From NCBI GenBank assembly GCA_043228905.1, contig JBHGNT010000014.1, forward strand, positions 7,440,001-7,504,000: 64,000 nucleotides of DNA. Direction: 5' to 3'. Origin of the DNA: Azolla caroliniana (taxonomy: Eukaryota > Plantae > Polypodiophyta). The position numbers were made by a program, and so were the translations under genes. Positions 37,785 through 50,395 of the stretch are shown in pieces. The notes beneath the pieces are model-generated. The model searched no databases, was not told where the DNA came from, and saw only the letters and a list, made by a program, of their open reading frames with translations. Position 1 is the stretch's first letter; each line of letters starts with the position of its first letter.

Positions 37785-37802
37785 TTCACGTCGGGTTCAC
37801 CA
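37785..37802 (-). promoter_or_regulatory. PBS, tRNA-Trp
   Basis: TGGTGAACCCGACGTGAA, an 18-nt complement of the plant tRNA-Trp 3' end. Confidence 0.88.
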
Positions 37803-37807
37803 ATAGA

Positions 37808-38504
37808 TGTCGCGTGGCGCGTGACACACGTGCCAAACGTCGGAATGTGCGCGTCACAAGCGCGAACAAGCACCGGACCTCTATCCGCTAGTGGTTATGG
37901 ATGATGGGCGGCTGAAGTGACGCACTAATGTGGTTAGAGTGAGAGAGAGAGAGAGAGAAACAAAATTTGAGGAAGTTTTTAAGATAGATAGGTAGATAGA
38001 TACACATCACCAATAAGATAACTAAGTATTCTTATTATTAATTTTCGATTTGATACATAGATTGATTCATAGATTGTTTGATTCATCCATTGATTGATCC
38101 CCCCCCATTACACAAGCCTTTCGAGGGTTTTTATAGGTTTATCTATCCTTCTAACATGCACAAAACCATGGGCTTGAACCCATGGTTTTCGGGCACACGG
38201 TTTTCCTTGTGGCATGCACAAAACCATAGGCTAAAACCATGGTTTTGTGTACACGGTTTTGTATGTTTGTTTCCTATGGAATACTAAATATGAGAAGGAA
38301 ATATACAAAATCTAAAGCACTTAGTAGTAGCTTTAGTGGTAAGATAATTGCTTCCTATCTTAGAAGTGCAAGGTTCAAATCTTGCTTGCACCCTTCTATA
38401 TGCACTTGAATGTCATTAGACCCTAGACTAATTTTCATATTTATAATGTGTGTGAAGCCACACTATTTCACAATTTCTCCCATTGGACACAGAACATCAC
38501 GACA
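37808..38504 (-). repeat. 5' LTR of element E
   Basis: 697-bp direct repeat of 35189-35881. Confidence 0.95.
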
Positions 38505-41500
38505 ACGTGGAAAATCTCGAGGCAAAACCACGGGAGGTCTTAGACTCTAAACAGAATCACTATGAGGAGAGATATTACAATGACTCAGAGACAATGACCT
38601 CGAGTTCTACCTTGACTAACCGGCAGTCACAACATATACAATGGTTTGTATCTCCCTCTCCCCCCCCCCCCTCTCTCTCTCTATGTACAACTGATCACAC
38701 TATCTATATCATTTGCCCTAGTTATATTTATATTGTTATAACTTTCGGACTCTTTAGAAATGTGGCCTCAACAGACTATAAAAAACATATTTACAAATCT
38801 GTCTCTCTTCACAGTTCAGACCAAATACGGCCGAACTCCTTCCGGATCCATCTGATCTGGCTTCCTTCGATCTAGCTCGACTATTCTCCATTCGGAGGGA
38901 ACGATATCTCAACAATCTCCCCATTCACTCTAGAATGGGGTCTTCGTTAACTCGATCCATCTCCAGCACGAGTCTAGCTTGTCGGTGGACAACACCTTGG
39001 TCAACATATCCAACCCGTTCTCCTCTATGTGGATCTTCACCATAGTGAAGTCTGGATCTTCTACTCTCTCCCAAAGCCAATGGTATCTACGTTGAATGTG
39101 ATTTGTCCTGGAGTGGTAGGCTGCGTTCTTTGCAAGGTGGATGACACTTTGACTTTCGGAATAGAGTAGGTATTCTTCTTGTCCAATACCCAACTCTCCG
39201 ATGAAGTCCTTTATCCAAACTATTTCCTTGTTGGCTTCCATGGCCTCCATGTACTCCGCTTCCGTTGTCGACCGAGCAACGGAGTTCTACAGCCTCAACT
39301 GCCATGATATGGCTCCCACTGCAAGTGTCATAACATATCCGGATGTAGACCCGCTGGTCTCCATATCAGCCGACATGTTTGAATCGGTGAATCCTTCAAA
39401 TTGGGGTTTACCTGAGCCAAATCGGAGGCATAAGCTAGATGTGCCTTTTACGTATGTGAGTATCCAATTGATGGTTGCCCAGTGGTCCTTTCTAGGATTG
39501 CTCATGAACCTGATGACTACTCCGACTGCGTATCTAATGTCCGGTTGTGTACACACCATTGCGTACATGAGACTTACGACTACAGAGGCATATGGTATCT
39601 TCATCATTTCCGACTTCTCTGCCTTTGTCTTCGGGCTCTATTTTCCAGACACCTTGCAATTTTCCAGAAGTGTCGACCCAACTAGCTTAGCATCTGACAT
39701 GTTGAACCTTTGAAGCACCTTTGTCACATACTTCTCCTGTGATAGCCACCATTGTTTCTTCAGCCAGTCCTGGATTATGTGCATGCTGAAAATCTGTTTC
39801 GTTGGACCCATATCTTTCATTGCGAATGACCGGCTCAAGGCCTTCTTCAGCATCCCAATTTTGATACGGTCCCGTCCGACGATCAACATGTCATCCATGT
39901 ACAACAGTAGTATAAGGAAGTCTCCTCTGTCGACCTTTTTCACGAACACACAGTGGTTGGCTTGCGTCTTGTGGTATCCTTGATCGGTCATGAAGGAGTC
40001 AAACTACCAGTACCATTTCCGGGGGGCTTGCTTTAGTCCGTACAAGCTCTTCTTTAGCCGGCACACCAGGTTCTCCTTCCCTTTCTTCACAAATCCCTCT
40101 GGTTGTTGCATGTACATCTCCTCCTCGAGGTCACCGTGATAAAACACCATCTTAACATCTAGTTGCTCTACCTCGAGGTCCATCTTACTGCTATGCTCAG
40201 CATTGTCCGGATGGATGTCATCTTGACTACTAGGGCAAATATCTCGTCGAAATCCACTCCCCTTTTTTGCTAGAACCCCCTTATCACGTGCAGGTTTTGC
40301 ACCTTTGTGGATTTCTAGCATCTACTGGTTTTAGTTTGTACACCCACTTGTTTCGGAACGCTCTCTTTCCCTTTGGCAACTCCATCAATTCGTATGTGTG
40401 GTTCTCATGGAGGGAACCCATCTTGTCCTACATGGCATTCAACCACTTGCGGTTGTGGATGTCTTTCTTTGCTTCTTCGAAGATTTCTGGCTCCCCCTCA
40501 TCGGCCAGTAATATTCTCTCTTCTTCCAGAAATCTTCGGGGGGCTCTTCTTTCCCTAAGAGGGTATCTCCAACCTTGGTTTTCAAAAACCGGTTCCTCCG
40601 AATCCTATTTGGGGTCTTGTTCGATTCTGGTGTCCAAATCTTCTTCAGTCGGTTTGGTTCCTCGTTTGAATTTGGCCGATTCATCATGGTCTTCAGCTGA
40701 CATCCGGCTTCCAACCATATGTGTCATTGCATCTTCCAACCAATCTCAATCGGTTGACGCAGAATCCATTGTCTTCTCCGACTCCAGTCGGCAATGCTCT
40801 TGCCTTCCATGAGGACTATGTCTTGATTCTGGTAGACCTTCTTGTTGACCAAGTCCCACACTTGGTAACCGAACTCATCATTGTCGTACCCTAGGAATAT
40901 GCTTGGTCAGGACTTCAGATTCAATTTTTCTCTCTTGTCCTTAACTCCTTTGTTGCATGTACGTAAGTGAGGTAGTCAAACACCTTCAAGTGCCGGTAAG
41001 AGCCATCTTTATTGGTCCATACCCTCAACGGTGTGTCTTTGTCCAAGGGTGCTCAGGGTGATATGTTTATCATGTACGTCATTGTAATTAGCACCGCAGC
41101 CCAGAACGTCTTGGGCAATTTAGCATGTCCCAACATGTTCCGAACTCTCACCATCACAGTCCGGTTCATCTTTTCGGCCAATCCGTTCAGCTCCAACGTC
41201 TTCGGTATGGTGAATTTGAGCCGAATTTCTTTTGATCGGCAATATTCCTCGAACTGCCTTTAGATTTCAACTGGTTTCTCTTTCCACTCTTGCCTGGAAT
41301 TCCCTAAAGATTGTCAATACTTGATCCTTCATCTTCAACAGTGAGACCCACAACTTCCTACTATGGTCATGTATGAACGTCACGAAGTACTCCGACCCAG
41401 CATGTGACTTTGTGTCCACTTGGCATACATTAGTATGCATGAGCTCTAGTGGTTCTTTACGTCTCATCGGTGGTCTCAACCAGAAAGAGGTTCGGTTTTG

Positions 41501-43071
41501 CTTACCGGCCAAATATTCAGTGCACCTCTCAAGTTGCACGTCTTTCACCTATGGAATGAGGTTATCCTCGGCAAGTTTATGCATTCCCCCCTTTGGCTCA
41601 TTTGGCGCAACGTTTTGTGCCACAGCTCACCGGCAGTGTCGGACACCAAGTTCACTTCTTCATGGCATATCCGAGCTCCATGATCAGAATCCCTTTGCTA
41701 AACTTCATGACTCCGTTCTGGATGCTACCCGTGTAGCCTCCATCATCCAACTGACCGACTGATATCAGGTTCAACGAACCTCCGGAACGTGTTAGACGTC
41801 TTCCAACAACAACTTGCACCCGATTCACGTAGTCAACCACATGTCTCCTATGCCGACAATTTGACATGCACCTTCATTCCCCATCCTCACACAACTGTGA
41901 TCTCCGACTATGTAGGATGTGAAGCACTTCTGGTCAGGAGTAGGATGGAATGAAGCTCAGGGGTCGACCACCCACATCGTTTCGTCACTGACAAGATGTA
42001 GCTCGCTCTCTTCCGTGATGAGCAACAATTCTTCTTTGCTTGTTGCAATTGCCGACGTTCCTTTCCGATCCGAGCTTTGTCGGTCCGAATTTTCGTCGAG
42101 TCGGCACTGTGAACTCCTTTCTCTTTCTGGTAGTGTTGACAGTTCTTCTTGAAATGCCCCGACTTCCCACAATAGAAGCACGTGGGTCTCCCCGACTTTT
42201 CCCGGTTCTGGGGTCTCCGATTCTAGCCTCTCCCTTGTTGTCTGTTGGTTTCGGTAACTAGAGCTTTTGAGTTGGAGATCACTTGTCTATCCGATGAACT
42301 TGTTTATCCAACAAGCTTGATTTTACTCTCGCTAGGGATAGGTGTTTACCTTCCGGCCCGGGTTTGCCCAAAGTGACAACGAACGTCTCCCAGCAATCCG
42401 GAAGGGAACCGAGTAGCAACAACACCAGTACCTCGTTGGCTAGAGGTACTTCCAATGAGGTTGTCTGATTTATGAGCCCCTAGAAGGCTTTCATGTGCTC
42501 CGCCATGCTGGAGCCATCTTGATATCTGAGTCTCACTAACTTCTGGAATATTGAGACTCGATTTATATCATTCCTGTTATGAAATCTGATGCCTATCTTC
42601 TCCTAGAGTTCATGAGCCTTACTCTCTTCATTGAAGTTATTGTACAGGCTCATGTCTTCATATGCATCAGCTCCCAAGTGGGTGCATCTATTTTGTCCGA
42701 TTTTGCATCTCCACACTGTACCGACAACCAGAGATCTTTGACCACCAACATGTCCCTCATCTTCGACTTCCATACTGGGTAGTTGGAAGTGGTGAGCTTG
42801 AACATGCCCCCGAATGAATCTTCCATTTTCTTTCCTTTGTTGTTCGCTCTAATACCAATTTGCTGCAAATAGTGCGCAAACACAACCAGGTCTTAATCAC
42901 TCGATGGAAGAAACAAAATTAAAATAAGGATGAATGCACTTACACAGTCAAACAAGACGACACATGATGTTTATGTGGACAACCTGAAGGAGATAAAACG
43001 ACCGGAGTTATCAGGCTCTGAACAAAATCACGATGAGAAGAGGTATTACAATGTAAGACTCAAAGGCAGCT

Positions 43072-46000
43072 TGTTGGGAATTCGGTCCCTCCGGATGAGA
43101 ACCGGACGAGTCAGATGAAGGAACTAGATCCGGAAGGGTTCCGTATGAGACCCAGAAACCGGATCCAAGCATGTGTAAATATGTTTCATGGTGAGCCCAC
43201 CGAGGCTATATTTCCAAATAGCCCAAATGTCATATAAGTATAAATATGACTTAGGGCAATTACTTTAGTATGTGCTTATTGTGAGTTGTTGTATACAGAG
43301 AGAGAGAGAGAAAGAAAGAGAGAGAGAGAGAGAGAGATACAAAACTAGTTTTCTGTTTGTAATTGCCATTGGCAAAGACATAGAGCTCGAGGTCGTTGCC
43401 TCTATGTCTCACTTTGTATTCCTCCTCTCATACTGATAGTGGGAATCCGTGGGCTCCCATGGTTTTTTCCCATTTAGGGTTTTCCACGTAAACAATCTGT
43501 GTCATCTCGGTTTCAGATTGTTCTCTCTTCTATTCCTTGTTGAAGACTCGGTCGTGGCCGAGCGTTATTTCTGTTCAAACTGGTATCAGAGCGAACAAAG
43601 GAAATGGAAGAATCATTCAACGACATGTTCAAGCTCACTGGCTCCAACTACCCAATGTGGAAGTCGAAGATGAGGGACATGCTCATGATCAAAGATCTTT
43701 GGCTTCCGGTACAATTCAGGGACAAGATCGATGCCACGACATGGGAGGTGATGGACATGAAGACAACAACGTACATCCGGTGCTTCATCGACATGAGCCT
43801 ATATAACAAATTCAATGAAGAAAGTAAAGCTCATGTGCTCTAGGAGAAAATCGGCACTATGGTCGTAAATCAGGTTTCAGTATTCCAGAAGTTAGTGAGA
43901 CTCTGGTACTAGGACGGATCTAGCATGACGGAGAACATGAACGCATTTCAGGGGCTCATAAACCAAAAAACTTCACTTGAAGTAACTCAAGCGGACACGA
44001 AGTCACATGCCGGATCGCAGTACTTCGTGATGTTCATAGACGACCACAACCGGAAGCTGTGGGTCTCACCGTTGAAGATAAAGGATTAGGTGCTATCCAT
44101 CTTCAAGGAGCTCCACGCGAGAGTGGAAAGAGAAATTGGCTAGAAGTTGAAGGTGGTTCGAGCAGATAACAAAGGAGAATACTGGGGGCAACTCGAGGAG
44201 TACTGCCAGTCGAAGGGAATTCGACTCGAATTTACTGTGCCGAAGACGTCGGAATTGAACGGGTTGGCTGAACGGATGAACCGAACGATAATGGAGAGAG
44301 TCCGAAGCATGCTAGCACATGCCAAGTTACCCAAAAAGTTTTGGGCTGAGGCGCTGATGACGACGACCTATGTGATAAACAAATCACCCTTAGCACCCTT
44401 GGAAGGAGACTCACCGCAGAAACTATGGACTGGTAAAGATGTATCTTACCAACATCTGAAGGTGTTTGGTTGAAGATAAAGGATCAGGTGCTATCTGTCT
44501 TCAAGGAGCTCCACGCGAGAGTAGAAAGAGAAATTGGCTGGAAGTTGAAGGTGGTTCGAGTAGATAACAAAGGAGAATATCGGGGACAATTCGAGGAGTA
44601 CTGCTAGTTGAAGGGAATCCGGCTTGAATTTACCGTGCTGAAGATGTTAGAATTGAACAGGTTGGCTGAACGAATGAACCAGACGATAATGGAGAGAGTC
44701 CGAAGCATGCTAGCACATGCCAAGTTACCCAATATGTTTTGGGCTAAGGCGCTAATGACGACGACCTATGTGATAAACAGATTACCCTTAGCACCCTAGG
44801 AAGGACTCACTGCAGAAACTATGGCCCAGTAAAGATGTATCTTGCTGGCATCTGAAGGTGTTTGGTTGTCTCGCATATTTGCATGTCGCAAAGGACAAGA
44901 GAGAAAATCTAGATCCGTAGTTCAAGCCATGTATATTCCTTGGATACGACGATGATGAGTTCGGGTACCGGGTGTGGGATCTGGTTCACAAGAAGGCGTT
45001 CCGGAGTCGGGACATAGTCTTCATGGAAGACAAGACCCTTGCTGACTGGGAGTCGGAGAAGAAGAAGAAGATGGACTCCAGATCGATTGACGGAGACAGG
45101 TTTGAGAACACAAGGATTTACCCGGTTGGAAACTGAATGTTAGCTGATAACCAGATGCCACTCGACGAACCGACCGAATTCGGACAAGAAACCAAACCTA
45201 CCGAAGGAGAAGAAGAAGAAGACACTAGAACCGGACAAAATCCCGAATCGGATTCAGATTCGGAACAGATGGAGGAACAAGTTGCTGAAAACCAAGGTCA
45301 GAGATACCCTCTCCGAGAGAGAAGAGCCCCCCCGGAGATTTCTGGATGCAAAGCACGTATTGCTGACCGATGAGGGGGAGTCGGAAAGCTTCGAAGAAGT
45401 AAAGAAAGACACCCATAGCCGCAAGTGGTTAAGTGCCATGCAGGACGAGATGGATTCCCTACATGAGAACCACACATATGAATTAACGGAGCTGCCGAAA
45501 GGAAAGAGAGAACTCCAGAATAAGTGGGTGTACGAGCTGAAACCGGGAGACGCCGGAAATCCACCGAGGAACAAGGCTCGGATCGTGGTGAAGGGTTTCC
45601 AACAGAAGAACGGTGTTGATTTCGATGAAATCTTTGCCCCGGTAGTAAAGATGACATCCATCCATACGGTATTGGACGTCAAGACGACATTCTGACATGG
45701 TGACCCTGAAGACGAGATCTACATGCATCAACCGGAAGGATTGCAGAAGAAAAGGAAGGAGCACCTGGTGTGCCGGCTGAAGAAGAGCTTATACGGATTG
45801 AAGCAAGCCCCCTGGAAATGGTACTGGAAGTTCGACTCCTTCATGAACGATCAAGGGTACCAGAAAACGCAAGCCGATCACTGCGTGTTTGTGAAGAAAT
45901 TCGATGGAGGCGATTTCCTAATACTCCTTCTATACGTGGATCACATGTTGATTGTCGGATCGGACCGAACCAAAATCGAGATGATGAAGAAGGCCCTGAA

Positions 46001-46155
46001 CCGGACCTTCTCCATGAAAGATTTGGGTTCGGCAGGACAAATCTTAGGGATGCACATCATCTGGGATTGAACGAAGAAGCTATTGGGGTTGTCACAAGAA
46101 AAGTATGTGACAAAGGTGCTTCAGTTGTTGAACACGTCGTATGCAAAACCAATCG
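43072..46155 (+). mobile_element. Copia family B copy B3, internally deleted and rearranged
   Basis: LTR 43072-43577, PBS 43581-43592, gag start fused to integrase near 43985, duplicated INT segment, RT up to AKPIG. Confidence 0.88.
44071..44868 (+). repeat. ~400-bp tandem duplication of the integrase core
   Basis: GTTGAAGATAAAGGAT...CATCTGAAGGTGTTTG occurs twice in tandem. Confidence 0.85.
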
Positions 46156-47146
46156 GTCTACGGTCAATCCTTCGACCTAGACCTCAAAGTGACTGTGGTC
46201 CAATGAATGGTATGGTCGTAACGTAATACTTAGTGGGATACCTCCCGTAACGTAGTAGTGTATAAGGGAGACGGCTACAACCAAACTCCTTAGACAGTGG
46301 ACTAGCAACCACACTGTTACTCACGCCTACGCTCTTACGACTACACTACGCCACCAAGGATCACAGACACACAGTAGATTAACCACAGATACACACAGAT
46401 ATCAGAGAAGATAGAACTCTATTAAGATACGCTTCTTACATTCAAAATTACACGCTACCTCTATCAGAGGATTTTTGCCCTTTATGGGTCTTTTTAGCCA
46501 TTCACGCTTCCCGCGTGAACTGTTAACATGCATTACAATTTTACTATATTATATTCCTACGCTCCTGTCCGTTGGTTACTATTCCGGCGGACAACACCTG
46601 GCATGCCTGTGGGACAGTGCCATGGCAAGTCGGACCCACCCCTTTAATCTTCCTCCAAAATGGCCCGGATGTTTGGTTCTACTCCAGCGTTCGGGTCCGG
46701 GGATGGCGTAGTGTCCATAGGCACGTCGGTACGTGGTTCCAGTACCTGCTCGGGAGGGCTGCCTATGGTGTCGTTGGCTTCTTGTGTGGGCGGTCTGGGC
46801 TCTGCGGGCTCATCGTGTGCTATGGTGGTCGGTTCCGCCGTCGGCGGGCTTGTGGTAGGTCGGGATTCTGTTTTGTCTGTAACCTCCTCCATGTTGTTGG
46901 TCATAGTCGTGCACTTTGGTGAGTGAGGCTGGGGTTCCTCTTGATCGGCGGTTTCGCTTTTTGGTATTGCGGGGGACTCTGCTTGCCGTTCCGTGCTGTG
47001 CACCGTAGTGGTTCTTTCCGGTGACATGGGTTGAGGTTCCTCTTGTTCGGCAGTATCCGGAATAGGTATCACGATGGATTCCTTGTTGGTTCACCTGTTG
47101 CCGACTTGCGTGATTTGGTGAAATAGGCCCTCCTGACTTTCACCAT
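46156..47146 (-). mobile_element. 3' end of gypsy family P (3' LTR 46156-46627, PPT, tail of the extra ORF)
   Basis: Colinear homology to 3160-4183. Confidence 0.85.
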
Positions 47147-49646
47147 TGTCCGGCCCTAGGGATTAACACAATTTTTGGCGACCACGATTCCTGCACAATC
47201 GCAGCGAACAACGACGGGAATGGATGACGTGACCAACGAACGACCCGATTACGGAGCGAGCAAGAAGGCTTGCTGAACGACTAAGGAAGCGAGAGGTTTT
47301 CCAGCAAGCGGCAGAAGAAATAAGAGCGGATTGCTCATTTTTCAAGGTGATCCGGAGAGTGGCCAAGGAGTCACTTCGGCTACCACAAAACGACTACCTG
47401 GAGGAAGGAAGCAGCCTCCGCGACGCGGAATCCCTTCTCCTGGCATTGGCAGCGGGCGAAGGCAAATCCCAAGCATTTTCGGAATTTGAATCGGGTTCGG
47501 ACGGGGAATACAGCGCGCAGACGAACTATTGTAGTAGTAATGACACCCCAGACGGACCAGGGGACGAGGAGTTGGATACCTTACCGACACCGAAACCAGA
47601 ATTGACAACGCTGGAACCTCCGACACGAGAAGTCGAGCACACTCCAGAACCAGAACTAGAAGTCGAGAACGAGAGACCTCCGACACCAGAAGTCATGGAG
47701 GAGAGACCTCCGACGCCGATAGAGGGAAAGACCACCGACACCACCAGCCCGCGTACCGCAACCAGACAAAGATATGCCATTCCAATATCCCAGATATTGG
47801 GATGATTCGGACGTGGAAGCCCACGTCCATGCGTTTCAGCAGACCTGGGAGGCAAACCATGTGTCCCAACGCTTAAATGCAGCCGAAGAGGAACGCTCAA
47901 AAAGGGCAGAGTTCGGCATGACCTTGGAGGGACTGGCCGCCAGATGGCACCGAACACAAGATCCCAGCACCATCCCCACGTTTGAAACATTAAAGACAAA
48001 ATTCTTGCATTTCTTTTACAGTATCCGGCAGGAAGCAACAGAGAACATTCAACAGTTTGTCATCCGGTTCCAGCAGATCCACAGTCAGCTCAACCGGACA
48101 CCACCGGAGGAAGAAACAAAGGCCATATTCTTAGCAGCCCTCTAGGAACCCTTACGTACGGTGTGCACCGTTATTGATTTCCGCACCAGCAGCATAGATC
48201 AAGTGATCGACCGAGTTTGGGAAATGGAAACCTCAAGTTCATGGCTAACCATGGGTATACTTCAGCGTGCACTACCAACAGAAGAGGACCTCCGTTTCCG
48301 ACAAGCAATTCAATGTACGACATGCCTGAATGTCGGACATTTGGCGCTGGAATGCACCATGCGTTCCCAATGCTTGCTCTGCCACTCCAGAAGTCACACA
48401 ATGGAACGGTGCGAGTATAACTTGTTAAATCGGCAAGCACCACCAGTCCGGCAAATTGAACCACGGAGCAATCAGGAGGAAGAAGAAGAACGTTGGCGGC
48501 GAGAGGAGCGCTACTGACCAGCACAAGATGTCCGGTACAACGATCGAAGAGACGCTTATGACTGGTATGACAGACAGGATAGATACCGAGACTATAATGG
48601 ACGGTACGAGAGATACAACCGTGATCACTCCCCTGGTTACAACCACCGACGGGACGACTATCGCAAGTATGACAACCAACACCGTCAAGGTTACCGAAAC
48701 AAAAAGAATTTCAAGAAACGTTCATTTCAACAAAACGGGGGTCGTCCACGGGAACCGGAAAAGGGCACTCCAAGCAGCCAACCGGACCAAAACCAAGCAC
48801 TCACCACAGGACCTCCACCAAGCACACATGCCGAATCCAGCAACGCCCGAAAGCCGTACTGTTATTATTGCCGACAAGAAGGACACTATAGTAATCAATG
48901 TCCGGCGAAGAGCTACGACAAGAGACCAGCGGTGAACATGGTAGATGTGGAAGTCCCGGACATACAACAAGTCACTACAAGATCTAAAGGCAAAGCCACG
49001 GAGTGGGAAACTCAAGAAGTCATCCGGAAGCAGGCAACCAAATGGGTGAAGAAGGAAAATGAGCAGAATGCGGCAGAACTCGAACAACAAAAGGAGAATG
49101 CCGAAGAGCTCACTGGCCCGGGGTAGCCCGAAAACCCAACATGGCAGGCGTTACAAGAATGCCAAATAACGTTGCCGTTAGGCCGGCTATTGCAACAGGT
49201 ACCACGCTTCACGGAAGGACTGAAGACAGGAAGGACGGCAGCTGACACACCATCGGCTCCGGCATTCTTTTCAAATCCGGAGGAAGGACCGACAGTGGTG
49301 GACACGAGTAGTCTGACAATCACAACCATCGTGAAAGGAAATGAGCTACCGGGCACGATTATCGATGGAGGATCCGACGTGAACGTGATCAGCCTCCGAA
49401 CGTGTAACACTCTAGGAATCCATGACTGGGAACCATGGCCATTTTGGCTTCGGATGGTGGACACAAGCTCAGTACGGCCGACCGGATTAATACATGATCT
49501 AGAAGTGACCATCGGGGGTCACACATTTCGCATTTCCGCAGTAGTTCTCCAACTACAGGCTCAGGGAGCTTACCCACTATTGTTGGGATGCCCTTGGTTA
49601 AAAACAACACACATCAAGCAAAACTGGAGGAAGAATATAATTACGT

Positions 49647-50357
49647 TGTCGTAGTGTATTCCGCACACTACGTGAAAACCATAAAATAATATATCCGAAT
49701 TTAGATACATATAAATAAATAAATAAATAATATATCAAAAGAATTTATCCCATGCATAGGGCAGGATTCGAACCATGCACATCCACGTAGATAAACCCCA
49801 ACTTTACCATTGTAATAACTTATCTTTAGTGTTATAAATATAGATTTAATACGTATAAGACCTTTATTTACACATACCTTTATTAAAAGGTAAAAATCAT
49901 GTATTCTTTAGAGTGTGAATATTTTATTTACACGTGACATTAAAAGTGACTCATGCACATCTAGCGTGCACGAGCCCTATATTTAGGAAATGATAAAACA
50001 TCACATGCTCATTTAGTGTGCATGGGGCACTTTAGGTGAAAAAGCATGAAGCCATGCTTAGCCTCTTCCATCTTTATATAAGGAGGAGAAAAATATGTAT
50101 ATGGTTGTTGATTAATATAGAAGAATTGATCAATCTAATATATTCGTGGGATTCACGAATTTTGCCATCTAAATTACTCTTATAATCTAAATATTGTTTT
50201 AAAATACACTAAACTCGTGGGATTCACGAGATTACTATCTTACTTCTCTTCCTATTATTCATAACTAGCCTTAAGTTGTATTCCTCTTCCTCCTAGTCCA
50301 AAACCTCGGCGGTTCCCACCCGACTCACGCAACGATCCGGAGCCGAAGGGCACGACA
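49647..50357 (+). repeat. 5' LTR of element G
   Basis: TGTCGT...ACGACA, TATATAA near 50075. Confidence 0.95.
49755..49822 (-). promoter_or_regulatory. Degenerate tRNA-like module with a perfect B-box in the LTR U3 (copy at 55624-55691)
   Basis: The minus strand reads ACAATGGTAAAG ... GCATGGTTCGAATCCTGC. Confidence 0.55.
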
Positions 50358-50361
50358 CAGT

Positions 50362-50379
50362 TGGTGAACCCGACGTGAA
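50362..50379 (+). promoter_or_regulatory. PBS, tRNA-Trp
   Basis: TGGTGAACCCGACGTGAA. Confidence 0.9.
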
Positions 50380-50395
50380 GACGGGTGGCAAGGAG

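Larger units (their letters stand above)
35189..38504 (-). mobile_element. Non-autonomous LTR retroelement E (3.3 kb, no pol), tRNA-Trp PBS, TSD ACGT
   Basis: LTRs 35189-35881 and 37808-38504 differ by about 5 SNPs and a GAGA indel; PBS 37785-37802; ACGT at 35185-35188 and 38505-38508. Confidence 0.93.
35073..43071 (-). mobile_element. Copia family B copy B2, near full-length and degenerate; 3' LTR (35073-38914) split by element E
   Basis: 5' LTR part 42861-43071, PBS 42846-42857, gag GGMFKLTTSNYPVWKSK, INT, RT LLLYMDDML, RNaseH YHSRTNHIQRRYHW, PPT 38915-38930. Confidence 0.88.

Noticed and set aside
46156-47170. A 1-kb plus-strand LTR or terminal inverted repeat for family P
   Set aside because: TATA box, PPT and ORF polarity show that this is the minus-strand 3' end of another copy, merely abutting P3.
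49755-49822. Functional tRNA gene
   Set aside because: No convincing acceptor or anticodon stem; reported only as a tRNA-like box module.
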